64,000 bases of DNA from Dehalococcoidia bacterium (GCA_040902195.1 JBBDXS010000003.1:108752-172751), one strand, 5' to 3'; shown: positions 17,132-25,135, counted from the first letter of the stretch. Notes: generated by a model from the sequence alone, not told the origin. Translations and numbers: made by a program.

Positions 17132-18494
17132 ACGTCAGGGCACCTACGTCCTCGGCATCAACGGTACAGGCAAGAGCACGCTTTTGCTCAACATGGCGCT
17201 GCAAGACATCGCGGCCGGCGATGGTCTCTGCCTGCTCGATCCCCACGGCGACCTCGTCGAGGACGTGCTCGCGCGGATCCCGCCCAGCCGCGCCGATGAT
17301 GTCATCCTCTTCGATCCAGCAGACATCGATTACCCCTTAGGCGTCAATCTCTTCGAGTGCTCGGACCGCAACGATCCACGACTAGTCGATCGCGTCTGTT
17401 CGGAGATCGTGCTCACGTTCAAGAAGCTCTTTCCAGACTCCTGGGGACCGCGCATGGAAGACCTCATGCGCCACTCGGTGCTGACATTGCTGGCGACGCC
17501 CGACTGCACACTGCTCGACATGCTTCCGCTGCTAACGGACCCCGACGCCCGGCAGACGTATGTCCGAAGGACGGAAGACCCAGTCATCCGCCACTACTGG
17601 GAGCAAGCCTTCCCCGACAACAAACGTGGCCAGGGCGAGTGGGTCAGCTCCAGCTTGAACAAGATCGGCCGCTTCTTGACCAACCCGGTCATCCGCAACA
17701 TCGTCTCTCAGCCGAAGAGCTCGTTCGACCTCCGAACGCTCATGGATCAGGGCAAAGTCTTGCTAGTTAACTTGTCGAAGGGTCAGCTCGGTGAAGACAA
17801 CTCGGCGCTCTTGGGCTCTGTTATCGTCGGCAAGATCCTCATCGCCGCGCTCTCGCGGGCCGAGATGCCTATCGAGCAGCGCCGGCCGTTCCACCTCATC
17901 GTTGACGAGTATCACTCGTTCGCGACGGAATCGTTCCCGACGCTACAGAGTGAAGGACGCAAGTTCGGCACCGATACGATCGTTGCCCACCAATACCGAG
18001 ACCAGCTCGATCAGCTAAACCGAGGCTCGACGTTGAACGTCGGCAACTTCATCTTGTTCCGCGTCACTGGACGCGACGCCGACGAGCTGTCCACGCAGTT
18101 CGACAACACACCGCCCGAGCCGGACCCAGCTCTGAAGGCTGTGCCCTACCGGGCCGGCCGGGAGGGGATCTATCGGTCAGGTACCGACAAGGCGCTTGTG
18201 AAGGGCAGCAGCCGCAGCTACGGTGACGTGTCCAACGAGACCGCCAACTACTTGGCGAACACGCCGAACTACAAGGCGTATTGCAAGCTGATCGAAGGAA
18301 CCGAACTGACGGAGTACCACATCGAGACTCACCGATGCGAGCTCTCGAAGAACGCGGACATTGCGGAAATGGTGCAGAAGCAGTCGCAGCGCCTAGCCAA
18401 GCCGCGAAGCGAGGTCGAAGCGTTCGTCGCCCAACGCTTCGCCACGGTGCTAGGTCGTAACGGCCGCAAGGACGGCGCGCTCTACGAAGCGTAG
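17070..18494 (+). CDS. P-loop ATPase of the HerA/FtsK/TraG superfamily (type IV coupling protein-like)
   Basis: Walker A GINGTGKST, LLDPHGDL, Walker B FHLIVDEYHSF, and a QYRDQLD tail typical of TraG/TraD-like DNA-transfer ATPases. GAGGAGG lies 6 nt before the GTG. Confidence 0.7.
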   Translation: MTILGTEVNDRQDVVLSPEGRRQGTYVLGINGTGKSTLLLNMALQDIAAGDGLCLLDPHGDLVEDVLARIPPSRADDVILFDPADIDYPLGVNLFECSDRNDPRLVDRVCSEIVLTFKKLFPDSWGPRMEDLMRHSVLTLLATPDCTLLDMLPLLTDPDARQTYVRRTEDPVIRHYWEQAFPDNKRGQGEWVSSSLNKIGRFLTNPVIRNIVSQPKSSFDLRTLMDQGKVLLVNLSKGQLGEDNSALLGSVIVGKILIAALSRAEMPIEQRRPFHLIVDEYHSFATESFPTLQSEGRKFGTDTIVAHQYRDQLDQLNRGSTLNVGNFILFRVTGRDADELSTQFDNTPPEPDPALKAVPYRAGREGIYRSGTDKALVKGSSRSYGDVSNETANYLANTPNYKAYCKLIEGTELTEYHIETHRCELSKNADIAEMVQKQSQRLAKPRSEVEAFVAQRFATVLGRNGRKDGALYEA

Positions 18495-18551
18495 CCCGCC
18501 AGACCTATAGCACGATGAGCCATCTTGTAAGCGCGCCCGGCGTGCTCTATA

Positions 18552-19151
18552 GTGGCGCGCTATATGAGGAACGCTGCAGAGTTAGAGAACGATCGGAACC
18601 CGTTTCTCACAGGGTCCGATCCTCACAGAGACTTCTTTCCATACGAGACGATCAACTATTCCGCGCGAGTTGAAGTATTGGACCGGAGCTGGGCCGCCGC
18701 GCGAGAAACGCGACGCCAACTGATTCGGTTCCGCGAGGACGGAACGGCAACCTTCTTACACTCTGTCTGGGGAGACGGCGTTCTATTCGCCAACTACAGC
18801 GCACCGTCCATGCGCATCATCGACGCAATCCCCACGCGCAAGGGCTACGTCGTTGTGCTCGGCCTTCCTAGGACCTTCTATGCAGGGGAGAAGTTCGAAG
18901 TCGCTATCGAGCGCAAGATCGTAGGGCCCTTTTTTGACGAGCTCAACTATTGGGAATCAATACTGCGTGCACCAACGCAATCCTTGAGTTTGGATGTCAT
19001 CGCACCGCGCGGCGCGAAGTTCCGTGCACCGGAAGTAATACTGCCACCGCGACGGGAGTTCGACGCCGCGATTCGTGGCAAGACGTTTCAACTAAGAATC
19101 AAGAAGCCCGCCGCTCACGAGCCTTATCGCCTCTCATGGCTTAAGAGCTGA
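18552..19151 (+). CDS. Hypothetical protein
   Basis: 199-aa ORF with coding-like composition. No motif recognised. Confidence 0.4.
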   Translation: MARYMRNAAELENDRNPFLTGSDPHRDFFPYETINYSARVEVLDRSWAAARETRRQLIRFREDGTATFLHSVWGDGVLFANYSAPSMRIIDAIPTRKGYVVVLGLPRTFYAGEKFEVAIERKIVGPFFDELNYWESILRAPTQSLSLDVIAPRGAKFRAPEVILPPRREFDAAIRGKTFQLRIKKPAAHEPYRLSWLKS

Positions 19152-19162
19152 AGAGATCCGGG

Positions 19163-19228
19163 TTACTTCCGTGGCTTACGTCGACTTCCGCCGCTACCAC
19201 CACCGCTGCCGCCTCCGCTTCCAGCCAT
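19163..19228 (-). CDS. Possible 21-aa Gly/Ser-rich basic-tailed peptide
   Basis: AAGGAG lies 7 nt upstream of the ATG. The ORF encodes MAGSGGGSGGGSGGSRRKPRK. It sits in an otherwise empty intergenic gap, co-oriented with the Xis-like gene. Confidence 0.25.
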   Translation of the reverse strand: MAGSGGGSGGGSGGSRRKPRK

Positions 19229-19294
19229 TTCAACACTCCTTACAGCTCGATCCTAACTGACGCCTGGCACTGTAGGGTATATACCGTATACTTG

Positions 19295-19501
19295 TCAACC
19301 TCTTCGGCCCTTGTAGGGATCCCTGCTTCGCAATTCGGCATCCCTCAGGTATTCCATGACGGCCTTCCGCGTCGTGACCCAGTTGCGTCCGATCTTCCGG
19401 GCTCTCAGCTTGCCCTGTCGAGCCAGGAGACCAAGGTGCTTAAGACTGAGCCCACTAGCGGCCGCCGCCTCGGAGAGCGAGATGAGCTCCTCGCGGTCCA
19501 A
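19295..19501 (-). CDS. Excisionase-family / MerR-like HTH DNA-binding protein
   Basis: LISLSEAAAASGLSLKHLGLLARQGKLRARKIGRNWVTTRKAVMEYL fits the excisionase-family HTH pattern (..E.A..lg.s...l......G.l.a.kiGr.w.......eyl). Confidence 0.65.
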   Translation of the reverse strand: MDREELISLSEAAAASGLSLKHLGLLARQGKLRARKIGRNWVTTRKAVMEYLRDAELRSRDPYKGRRG

Positions 19502-19717
19502 CGGCCTCCCGGCCCCTTAGAGGGCCTAGAGCAGACTATACGCCAACCTAGGCCCATGGCAACGAGACGGCCCATAGTCACGGGCCACTCTGAAATAGCC
19601 TCCCGGCAGGGGCGGGCGCGCAGCTTATAACGGCGGTGCGGCTGTCCCGTGTTGCCGCGGGCTTGGGCTCGAGAGTCGCGTTGCGGAGGAGGAACGGATA
19701 ACCACCGGACTATGGGC

Positions 19718-19747
19718 TTGCCGACCCCGTACCAAGTAATGTAAGAT
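19718..19747 (+). promoter_or_regulatory. Candidate promoter of the 19776-24303 operon
   Basis: TTGCCG (19718-19723), 18-nt spacer, TAAGAT (19742-19747). GTAAG/CTTAC inverted repeats overlap the -10 element. AGGAGG RBS lies before the ATG at 19776. Confidence 0.35.
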
Positions 19748-19775
19748 ATCCTTACCACCAGTAAGGAGGGCCGAG

Positions 19776-20084
19776 ATGGCCGCGCCAAGTGCCAATTCCG
19801 TCTGCGAAGAACTTCTCATCATCCATCGGGAGTTCCAGGAGACCCTCGGGGAGGCCCACAATAGCCTCTCCGACGGCTGCCGACCACTCAATGACCTACC
19901 CGGCTTCGATAGCACACTCATCCCTTTGGTCATCCGGACATTGGCCCGACGCCTCGGCATCACGCTCCCTCCGAAGGCAAAGATTACCAATCTCTACATC
20001 TCCAACGACGGGCGCCAGCGGCTTACGGTGCGCGAGATCGCAGATGGCTTCTGCAGGAAGTACGGAGGATACTTTAGTGGCTGA
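19776..20084 (+). CDS. Carrier-protein-like small protein (ACP/PCP-like, tentative)
   Basis: NDLPGFDSTLIPLVIRTLARRLGITLP resembles the carrier-protein helix-II motif G-x-D-S-x(13-15)-G-I-x-L-P, with Ser46 at the expected position after an N-terminal helix. Strong RBS. Confidence 0.4.
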   Translation: MAAPSANSVCEELLIIHREFQETLGEAHNSLSDGCRPLNDLPGFDSTLIPLVIRTLARRLGITLPPKAKITNLYISNDGRQRLTVREIADGFCRKYGGYFSG

Positions 20085-20424
20085 TCGAGAAGAGACGCGG
20101 AAGATAATCGCATCGAGGATCCGCGAGGCCCGTCGCTTGGCCGGCCTGAGCCAGGCACAGGCTGCTGGCATTCTCGGTATCCACCGTCCTTCGCTGAGTC
20201 AAGCGGAGGCCGGTCGGCGCAATTTAACGGCCGATGAACTCACACGCCTGGCTCAAGCTTACGACGTTACAGTTTCTTGGCTGGCAGGAAGCGATACTGA
20301 AACACTGAATCCTCATGATGACCGCATACAGCTCGCAGCGCGTGAGCTTAGCAAGCTCCGCCCGGAGGATGTACAGAGGCTGCTGTCCCTACTATCCGCG
20401 ATGAGACAAGAAACTCCGTCATGA
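20077..20424 (+). CDS. XRE-family HTH transcriptional regulator
   Basis: IREARRLAGLSQAQAAGILGIHRPSLSQAEAGRRNLTADELTRLAQAYDVTVSWL is an HTH_3 motif. The GTG at 20077 is preceded by GGAGGA and overlaps the upstream gene by 8 nt. Confidence 0.8.
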   Translation: MADREETRKIIASRIREARRLAGLSQAQAAGILGIHRPSLSQAEAGRRNLTADELTRLAQAYDVTVSWLAGSDTETLNPHDDRIQLAARELSKLRPEDVQRLLSLLSAMRQETPS

Positions 20425-21275
20425 CCTATCGAAGATCATTCGATGCTCTAAGAGCCATTGAGCTGGCAGCGGAAGTGCGTGATGACGCAGGCCTCGACTT
20501 CGTCTCTCCGATTTCGATCTTCGACCTCTGCGAGGTTCTAAACGTCTCTGTCCGTTTCATCGATACCAAGAGTGCCGAGGCCATCTACTGCGCCGGACCA
20601 GGCCTGGCTCCAACGATCATTGTCTCGGCACTCCGCCCGCCTCAACGTCGATTCTTCAATTGCGCACACGAACTCGGCCACCATTTCCTCGAGCACGGCT
20701 TCACCGTTGACGAGTTCCAATCAGGTGCTACCCAACCCACGAACGAGCTCCTCGCAGATACTTTCGCTGCACATCTGCTCATGCCGCGGCTCGGCCTAGC
20801 AAACGCATTTGTGGTCCGAGGTTGGGACATCAAAGAGCCAACGCCCTTTCAGCTACTGGTTGTGGCATCGCACTTCGCCATTGGTATGGACACCTTGATA
20901 ACTCATCTCGAACGAGGCCTCAACCTCCTTACTTCGCCGCAAGCTGATCGCCTCCGCAAAGTCCGGCTCCCCGTTCTACGCGCGGAAATTCTCGATAGAG
21001 CAGAAGCTGCCCGCCTCGTGGTCGTCGACAAGGATTACTCGCTCCCCTCCGTGGACGTCGACGTTGGCGACTTGATTTTGGCCGCACCTGGTAACGCGAC
21101 TTGCAATGGTCCGTCAATCAGGCACGAAGGCAGCTGCAATACGGGTTCGATCTTCCGAGCGATTGCCCCCGGCACTTCCGACATTGCCTCATCTGTCCAT
21201 GGCTTGCCATTGATCGCCCGGGTATCGAGAAAGCCATACATCGGCCTCGCGAAGTATCGGTTCTTGGAGGAATAG
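20421..21275 (+). CDS. ImmA/IrrE-family zinc metallopeptidase
   Basis: HEXXH motif in FNCAHELGHHFLEH plus the downstream ADTFAAHLLMP. ATGA overlap with the XRE gene. This is the classic XRE-ImmA pair. Confidence 0.8.
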   Translation: MTYRRSFDALRAIELAAEVRDDAGLDFVSPISIFDLCEVLNVSVRFIDTKSAEAIYCAGPGLAPTIIVSALRPPQRRFFNCAHELGHHFLEHGFTVDEFQSGATQPTNELLADTFAAHLLMPRLGLANAFVVRGWDIKEPTPFQLLVVASHFAIGMDTLITHLERGLNLLTSPQADRLRKVRLPVLRAEILDRAEAARLVVVDKDYSLPSVDVDVGDLILAAPGNATCNGPSIRHEGSCNTGSIFRAIAPGTSDIASSVHGLPLIARVSRKPYIGLAKYRFLEE

Positions 21276-21279
21276 TGCA

Positions 21280-22089
21280 ATGGCTGCTATAGAAGGTACC
21301 TTCTTTCACGCGACTGGCGGCAACCTATCTGTGGCCTGGAGTCGAGCAGTCACCGAAACTCGGAAGCGAACTCGTAGAGAAGTCAGTCCCCTGCTCTTCT
21401 CATTCGGTGGCCTGGACCAGGAGGCACCTGAAGAGCTTGCTGCGATTCGCACGCTCCTAGACGAGTGCCTCGGCCAGTCAGACATGCAAAGCGTGCAAAC
21501 GGTCGCGAATACCATCTTTCCTCAGGGCATCTGGCAGTTTCACAGAAACGATCGCCATGCTTTTTTCAACGCTTACCTGGACAGCCTGCCTGACTATGTC
21601 GGCATGGCACCCTCCAAGAACAGCCGTGGTCTCTACTTCGCACGGTTGATCGCCTACGGCATTGATCCTAGGACCGGGCGTGGCGACCTCACACATTTAA
21701 ACCAGTTGGAGTTCATTATTCAGCACTGTAACCGCGGCGTGCGACGCTCAATGTTTCAGGCAGCTCTCTTCGATCCCTCCCGCGACCAGACGGCCAGCGC
21801 GCAGCTGGGATTCCCTTGCCTACAGCACGTGACGTTCGTACCAGATTTCCACTCGCAAGCTCTAACGACCAACGCCTTCTACGCCACTCAGCAGCTCTAT
21901 GAGCGGGCCTATGGCAACCTCCTCGGCTTGGCTCGTCTCACCAAGTTCATGGCAAAAGAAACCGACCTTCGACCAGCAGAAGTTAACTGTTATGTAGCTA
22001 TCGAGAAAATGGATAGAAGGCTCAAGACTGGCCGCGCGCTCGATCGCTTGCTTGGCGCCGTCGAAGAAGCAGCCTCCTCGGAGAAATGA
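21280..22089 (+). CDS. Thymidylate synthase-fold (ThyA / dNMP hydroxymethylase-like) protein
   Basis: GFPCLQHVTFVP...LTTNAFYATQQLYERAYGNLLGLARLTKFMAKETDLRPAEVNCYV aligns by eye with ThyA LPPCHAFFQFYV...[45 protein letters not shown]. The catalytic Cys is conserved. Confidence 0.55.
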   Translation: MAAIEGTFFHATGGNLSVAWSRAVTETRKRTRREVSPLLFSFGGLDQEAPEELAAIRTLLDECLGQSDMQSVQTVANTIFPQGIWQFHRNDRHAFFNAYLDSLPDYVGMAPSKNSRGLYFARLIAYGIDPRTGRGDLTHLNQLEFIIQHCNRGVRRSMFQAALFDPSRDQTASAQLGFPCLQHVTFVPDFHSQALTTNAFYATQQLYERAYGNLLGLARLTKFMAKETDLRPAEVNCYVAIEKMDRRLKTGRALDRLLGAVEEAASSEK

Positions 22090-22090
22090 C

Positions 22091-22510
22091 ATGGAAATAG
22101 TTGGCCACGGACTAGATATCGTCGAACTGTCGAGGATCGACCACTTGGAAAAGGAGCATGGCGGCGATTTCCTGCTTGGTTGGTTTACGGAGCATGAGAT
22201 CTCGCATGCTCCGCCAGTAAATCGAGGCGCCTACTTCGCAGGTCAAATCGCGGCCAAGGAGGCCATAGTCAAGGCAATCGGAACTGGCCTAGTTGGCGAA
22301 ATGGCATGGACCGAGATAGAGGTCAACAGGGCGCAATCTGGCGGGCCGCTCGTCGTTCTCACGGGTTCGGTCCTAGAGATGGCTATAGCCCACGGCGTGG
22401 AGAGCTGCCTATTGACGATCAGCCACGGCGGTAACATGGCGATCGCAAGCGCACTCGCGCTCGGAAGGCACCGGGGGCCACGAGGCCGCTCGTTGCCCGA
22501 TGGCCATTGA
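22091..22510 (+). CDS. acpS: Holo-ACP synthase-type 4'-phosphopantetheinyl transferase
   Basis: MEIVGHGLDIVELSRI...FAGQIAAKEAIVKAIGTG...WTEIEV...GGPLVVLTG...LTISHGGNMAIASALAL aligns along the full length of E. coli AcpS. The start lies 1 nt after the upstream stop. Confidence 0.8.
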   Translation: MEIVGHGLDIVELSRIDHLEKEHGGDFLLGWFTEHEISHAPPVNRGAYFAGQIAAKEAIVKAIGTGLVGEMAWTEIEVNRAQSGGPLVVLTGSVLEMAIAHGVESCLLTISHGGNMAIASALALGRHRGPRGRSLPDGH

Positions 22511-22537
22511 CCAGTTCTGCTGTGTAGCCTAGGTTAG

Positions 22538-23290
22538 GTGAAGAGCCAGATGAGCACTTCCACAATGCAGTCTCCAGCCGAGCCCGACAACGGGGCCATA
22601 GACGTTGGACCTGGCTTTCTAACCAGGGTAGAGATCGAGAAGCATTGGACACGGCTCTTTCCATCCACCGAAGACTCAGACGTGCCTCCCCCTCTTGGTC
22701 GACTTAAGCCCGCGTCGGTCGACTTACACCTGGGCGCCGAGTACTTCGTGACTTCCGAAAGGGCTCCGCGGCGGCTGTCGCAGCAGGATGACTACGTCAA
22801 GATCCCGCACGGTGAGTTTGCTCTTCTCACGACTCATGAGGTCGTAAGCGTCCCCAGCAACGTTCTCGCGCTGATAAGTACGCGAGTTAAACTAAAGCGG
22901 ACCGGACTGATTAACATTTCTGGATTTCACGTTGATCCAGGCTTCACCGGTCAAATTTTCTTCTCGGTCTACAACGCCGGTCCTACGGATCTGATGTTGA
23001 AATGGAAGGAGCGAGCTTTCACGATTTTCTTCGCTTCGCTAATAGGGCCTACGATCCCTTACGATGGCCAGTACCAGAACCAGCGAGGCCTGCCGCCAGA
23101 CCTTGTATCGGGACTCGGCGGTCCTCCGCTTAACCTCGTCAAGCTTGACCAGCGGATAGACAACCTCGAGGCTCGGTTCATTTCGAGGCTCGGCCTATAT
23201 GGCGGCCTCGCCTCCGTAGTCTTCTCCGTCCTTCTAGTTCTACTGGGCACAGGCGTGGGTGCGGGCCTGCAGTGGTTTTTCACGCGATGA
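22538..23290 (+). CDS. dCTP deaminase/dUTPase-fold protein with C-terminal coiled segment and TM anchor
   Basis: ASVDLHLG, FALLTTHEVVSVPSNVLALISTRVKLKRTGL and FHVDPGFTGQIFFSVYN parallel Dcd VDVRLG, GRSSLARLGL and RIDPGWSGCIVLEFYN. The C-terminus LYGGLASVVFSVLLVLLGTGVGAGL is a TM helix. Confidence 0.7.
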   Translation: MKSQMSTSTMQSPAEPDNGAIDVGPGFLTRVEIEKHWTRLFPSTEDSDVPPPLGRLKPASVDLHLGAEYFVTSERAPRRLSQQDDYVKIPHGEFALLTTHEVVSVPSNVLALISTRVKLKRTGLINISGFHVDPGFTGQIFFSVYNAGPTDLMLKWKERAFTIFFASLIGPTIPYDGQYQNQRGLPPDLVSGLGGPPLNLVKLDQRIDNLEARFISRLGLYGGLASVVFSVLLVLLGTGVGAGLQWFFTR

Positions 23291-24303
23291 CCTCAAACGC
23301 CCCGCCTCTGCGCCTCCTGCGGATCGAACTGCTGCGCGGATGTCCATTGACATGTGTGCACTGCTCCGCCGAGGCAGGCCCGGGAAGACGTGAAGCAATG
23401 AGGCTGGAGCAGGTCATCGGCCTGCTTTCGGACGCCCGCGAGCTAGGAGCCGACCGTGTGATCTTTACAGGCGGCGAACCGTTGGAATTTTTGGAACTCG
23501 AGGAGTGCCTAGGGTTTGCGCGCAAACTAGGGTTGGACGCGACACTATTCACCACTGGCATATCCAGACGTTCAGGGACTCCCGGAGTTGACCGCGCGTT
23601 CCTGGCGGCGATTCAGCCCTTGACTAATAGTTTTGTACTTTCGCTCTATTCACACAGGCCGGAAGTGCATGATCGAGTAACCGCTAACCGAGGAAGCTGG
23701 AGCCAGACAATGGAAGCGGCTCTACATCTCGCGCAGCTTGGTTCCTCTGTGCACTTCACCTTCCTGCCTCTGACGCAAAACTACAGCGATCTCATGGAAG
23801 TGGCTCGTCTTGCCCGAACGGTTGGCGCGGTTGAGCTTAGAATCATCAAGCTGGTCGCTCAGGGGCGAGCGGCCCGAAACTCACAGCTCACCACGCCTGC
23901 GCCTGCGGCCGTGGCCTTGTCGATAGCTGAGGCCAAACGGGTGGCGTACCCAACGAGGATTCGCGTCGGCGGTGCTGCAGCATTGTATGGCTTCGATACG
24001 GCTTGTGAAGCACCAGTCGGCGAGCTATTCGTGGGCGTGGACGGCTGGATTAGCCCGTGTCCGGCGCACTCACCTGCAGAAGCCGACCCCGACTCGAACT
24101 GCTTCAACGTTGGCCTCCAGCGCGTATGGGAGCACTCGCGAATCCTACGTGAAGTCCGCCGAGCACAAGCGAACGGTTTCCGTTGCGCAGATAGTTGCGT
24201 TGCACGAAGCGCCTTAACGCCACATCCCGACAAATCTCCTTCCAACAGTTTGCTGAGAGGCGCCGCGTTCAGCACTAGGTCCCCGCAGTGGCACGATTCC
24301 TGA
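23287..24303 (+). CDS. Radical SAM protein (possible SPASM/twitch-type C-terminus)
   Basis: CX3CX2C cluster motif in LLRGCPLTCVHCSAE, FTGGEPL, and C-terminal extra cysteines (DTACEAP...WISPCPA...CADSC). The ATG at 23287 overlaps the upstream stop (ATGA). Confidence 0.8.
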   Translation: MTSNAPPLRLLRIELLRGCPLTCVHCSAEAGPGRREAMRLEQVIGLLSDARELGADRVIFTGGEPLEFLELEECLGFARKLGLDATLFTTGISRRSGTPGVDRAFLAAIQPLTNSFVLSLYSHRPEVHDRVTANRGSWSQTMEAALHLAQLGSSVHFTFLPLTQNYSDLMEVARLARTVGAVELRIIKLVAQGRAARNSQLTTPAPAAVALSIAEAKRVAYPTRIRVGGAAALYGFDTACEAPVGELFVGVDGWISPCPAHSPAEADPDSNCFNVGLQRVWEHSRILREVRRAQANGFRCADSCVARSALTPHPDKSPSNSLLRGAAFSTRSPQWHDS

Positions 24304-24922
24304 GCGCGTCCGTCATACCTGTCTGAAACTCGCGCTTCCGGCCTCGCGCCGGATGTCGAACCGCGTCATGCTCTAGCCCAATCGTCCGCAACGCGTCCTC
24401 AGCACGACGACCAACAGCGATCAATCGCGATTCCGGAAACATCTCCATGAGCGCTTCCAACCACGGCGTCCCAATGCTCACCTCGTGAACCTTAACCGGC
24501 GCATTCGCTTCATTCCCGTTGTTGACCGGGTGAAATGGGACCGCGTTCCAAGTTAGGGGCATGGCCTCATCTTTGAGTATTTCGCTCAAGCAAGACCACA
24601 GCGCCGTCGCCGTTGCTTCTCTCCAAAACGTCGCTGACGAGCATGCGTCGTAACCAGATGACGATCCGAACGCCCTCCAGGGATCGCCCCAGTCATCCAG
24701 CAGGATTGAGAGCGAGCAAAATGCGACACCCGAAGTTGCAGCTCCACGGTAACCGGGCGCCTCGCCGACCAGGAGAAAACGGCTAACCTTCGGATCCTTT
24801 GTAGAAAGAAACCGCTCCAGATTGCGAGCGGCCGTTGGGCAATCATAGGGATTGCGAAAGCCGATCGGCAGATCTGCATCCACCAGAGACGCGACGAATT
24901 GCTTGATGGAACGTCGCATCAC
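24275..24922 (-). CDS. Uracil-DNA glycosylase superfamily protein (family 4/5-like)
   Basis: LLVGEAPGYRGAATSGVAF resembles UDG motif A (GEAPG...G.PF). C-terminal AVRHPARG resembles motif B (HPS). Convergent with the radical SAM gene and overlaps it by 29 nt. Confidence 0.55.
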   Translation of the reverse strand: MMRRSIKQFVASLVDADLPIGFRNPYDCPTAARNLERFLSTKDPKVSRFLLVGEAPGYRGAATSGVAFCSLSILLDDWGDPWRAFGSSSGYDACSSATFWREATATALWSCLSEILKDEAMPLTWNAVPFHPVNNGNEANAPVKVHEVSIGTPWLEALMEMFPESRLIAVGRRAEDALRTIGLEHDAVRHPARGRKREFQTGMTDALRNRATAGT

Positions 24923-25135
24923 TTGAGAGTTTGATCGGTCTCTGCATTTAGCGCAAGCTCGGGCGACTGTTCAATGAATCGAACGCCTGAGCTAGCCTAA
25001 CGCGACATGCGTTACGTCGCACAATGTGTGCATCCGCGACACGAATTACACTTGCGACGGCTACTCCTCGTCGCTTCAGTCGAGTCACTGCTGATCCGTC
25101 GACAGGCTTGCGCCACAGCCGGGTCGCTGGAGCAT

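Noticed and set aside
22538-23290. Calling this protein a homolog of the published anti-phage dCTP deaminase defence proteins.
   Set aside because: As far as I recall, those defence enzymes are zinc-dependent cytidine-deaminase-fold proteins with kinase-like domains. This protein has dUTPase/Dcd-fold motifs. Only a functional analogy can be proposed, not homology.
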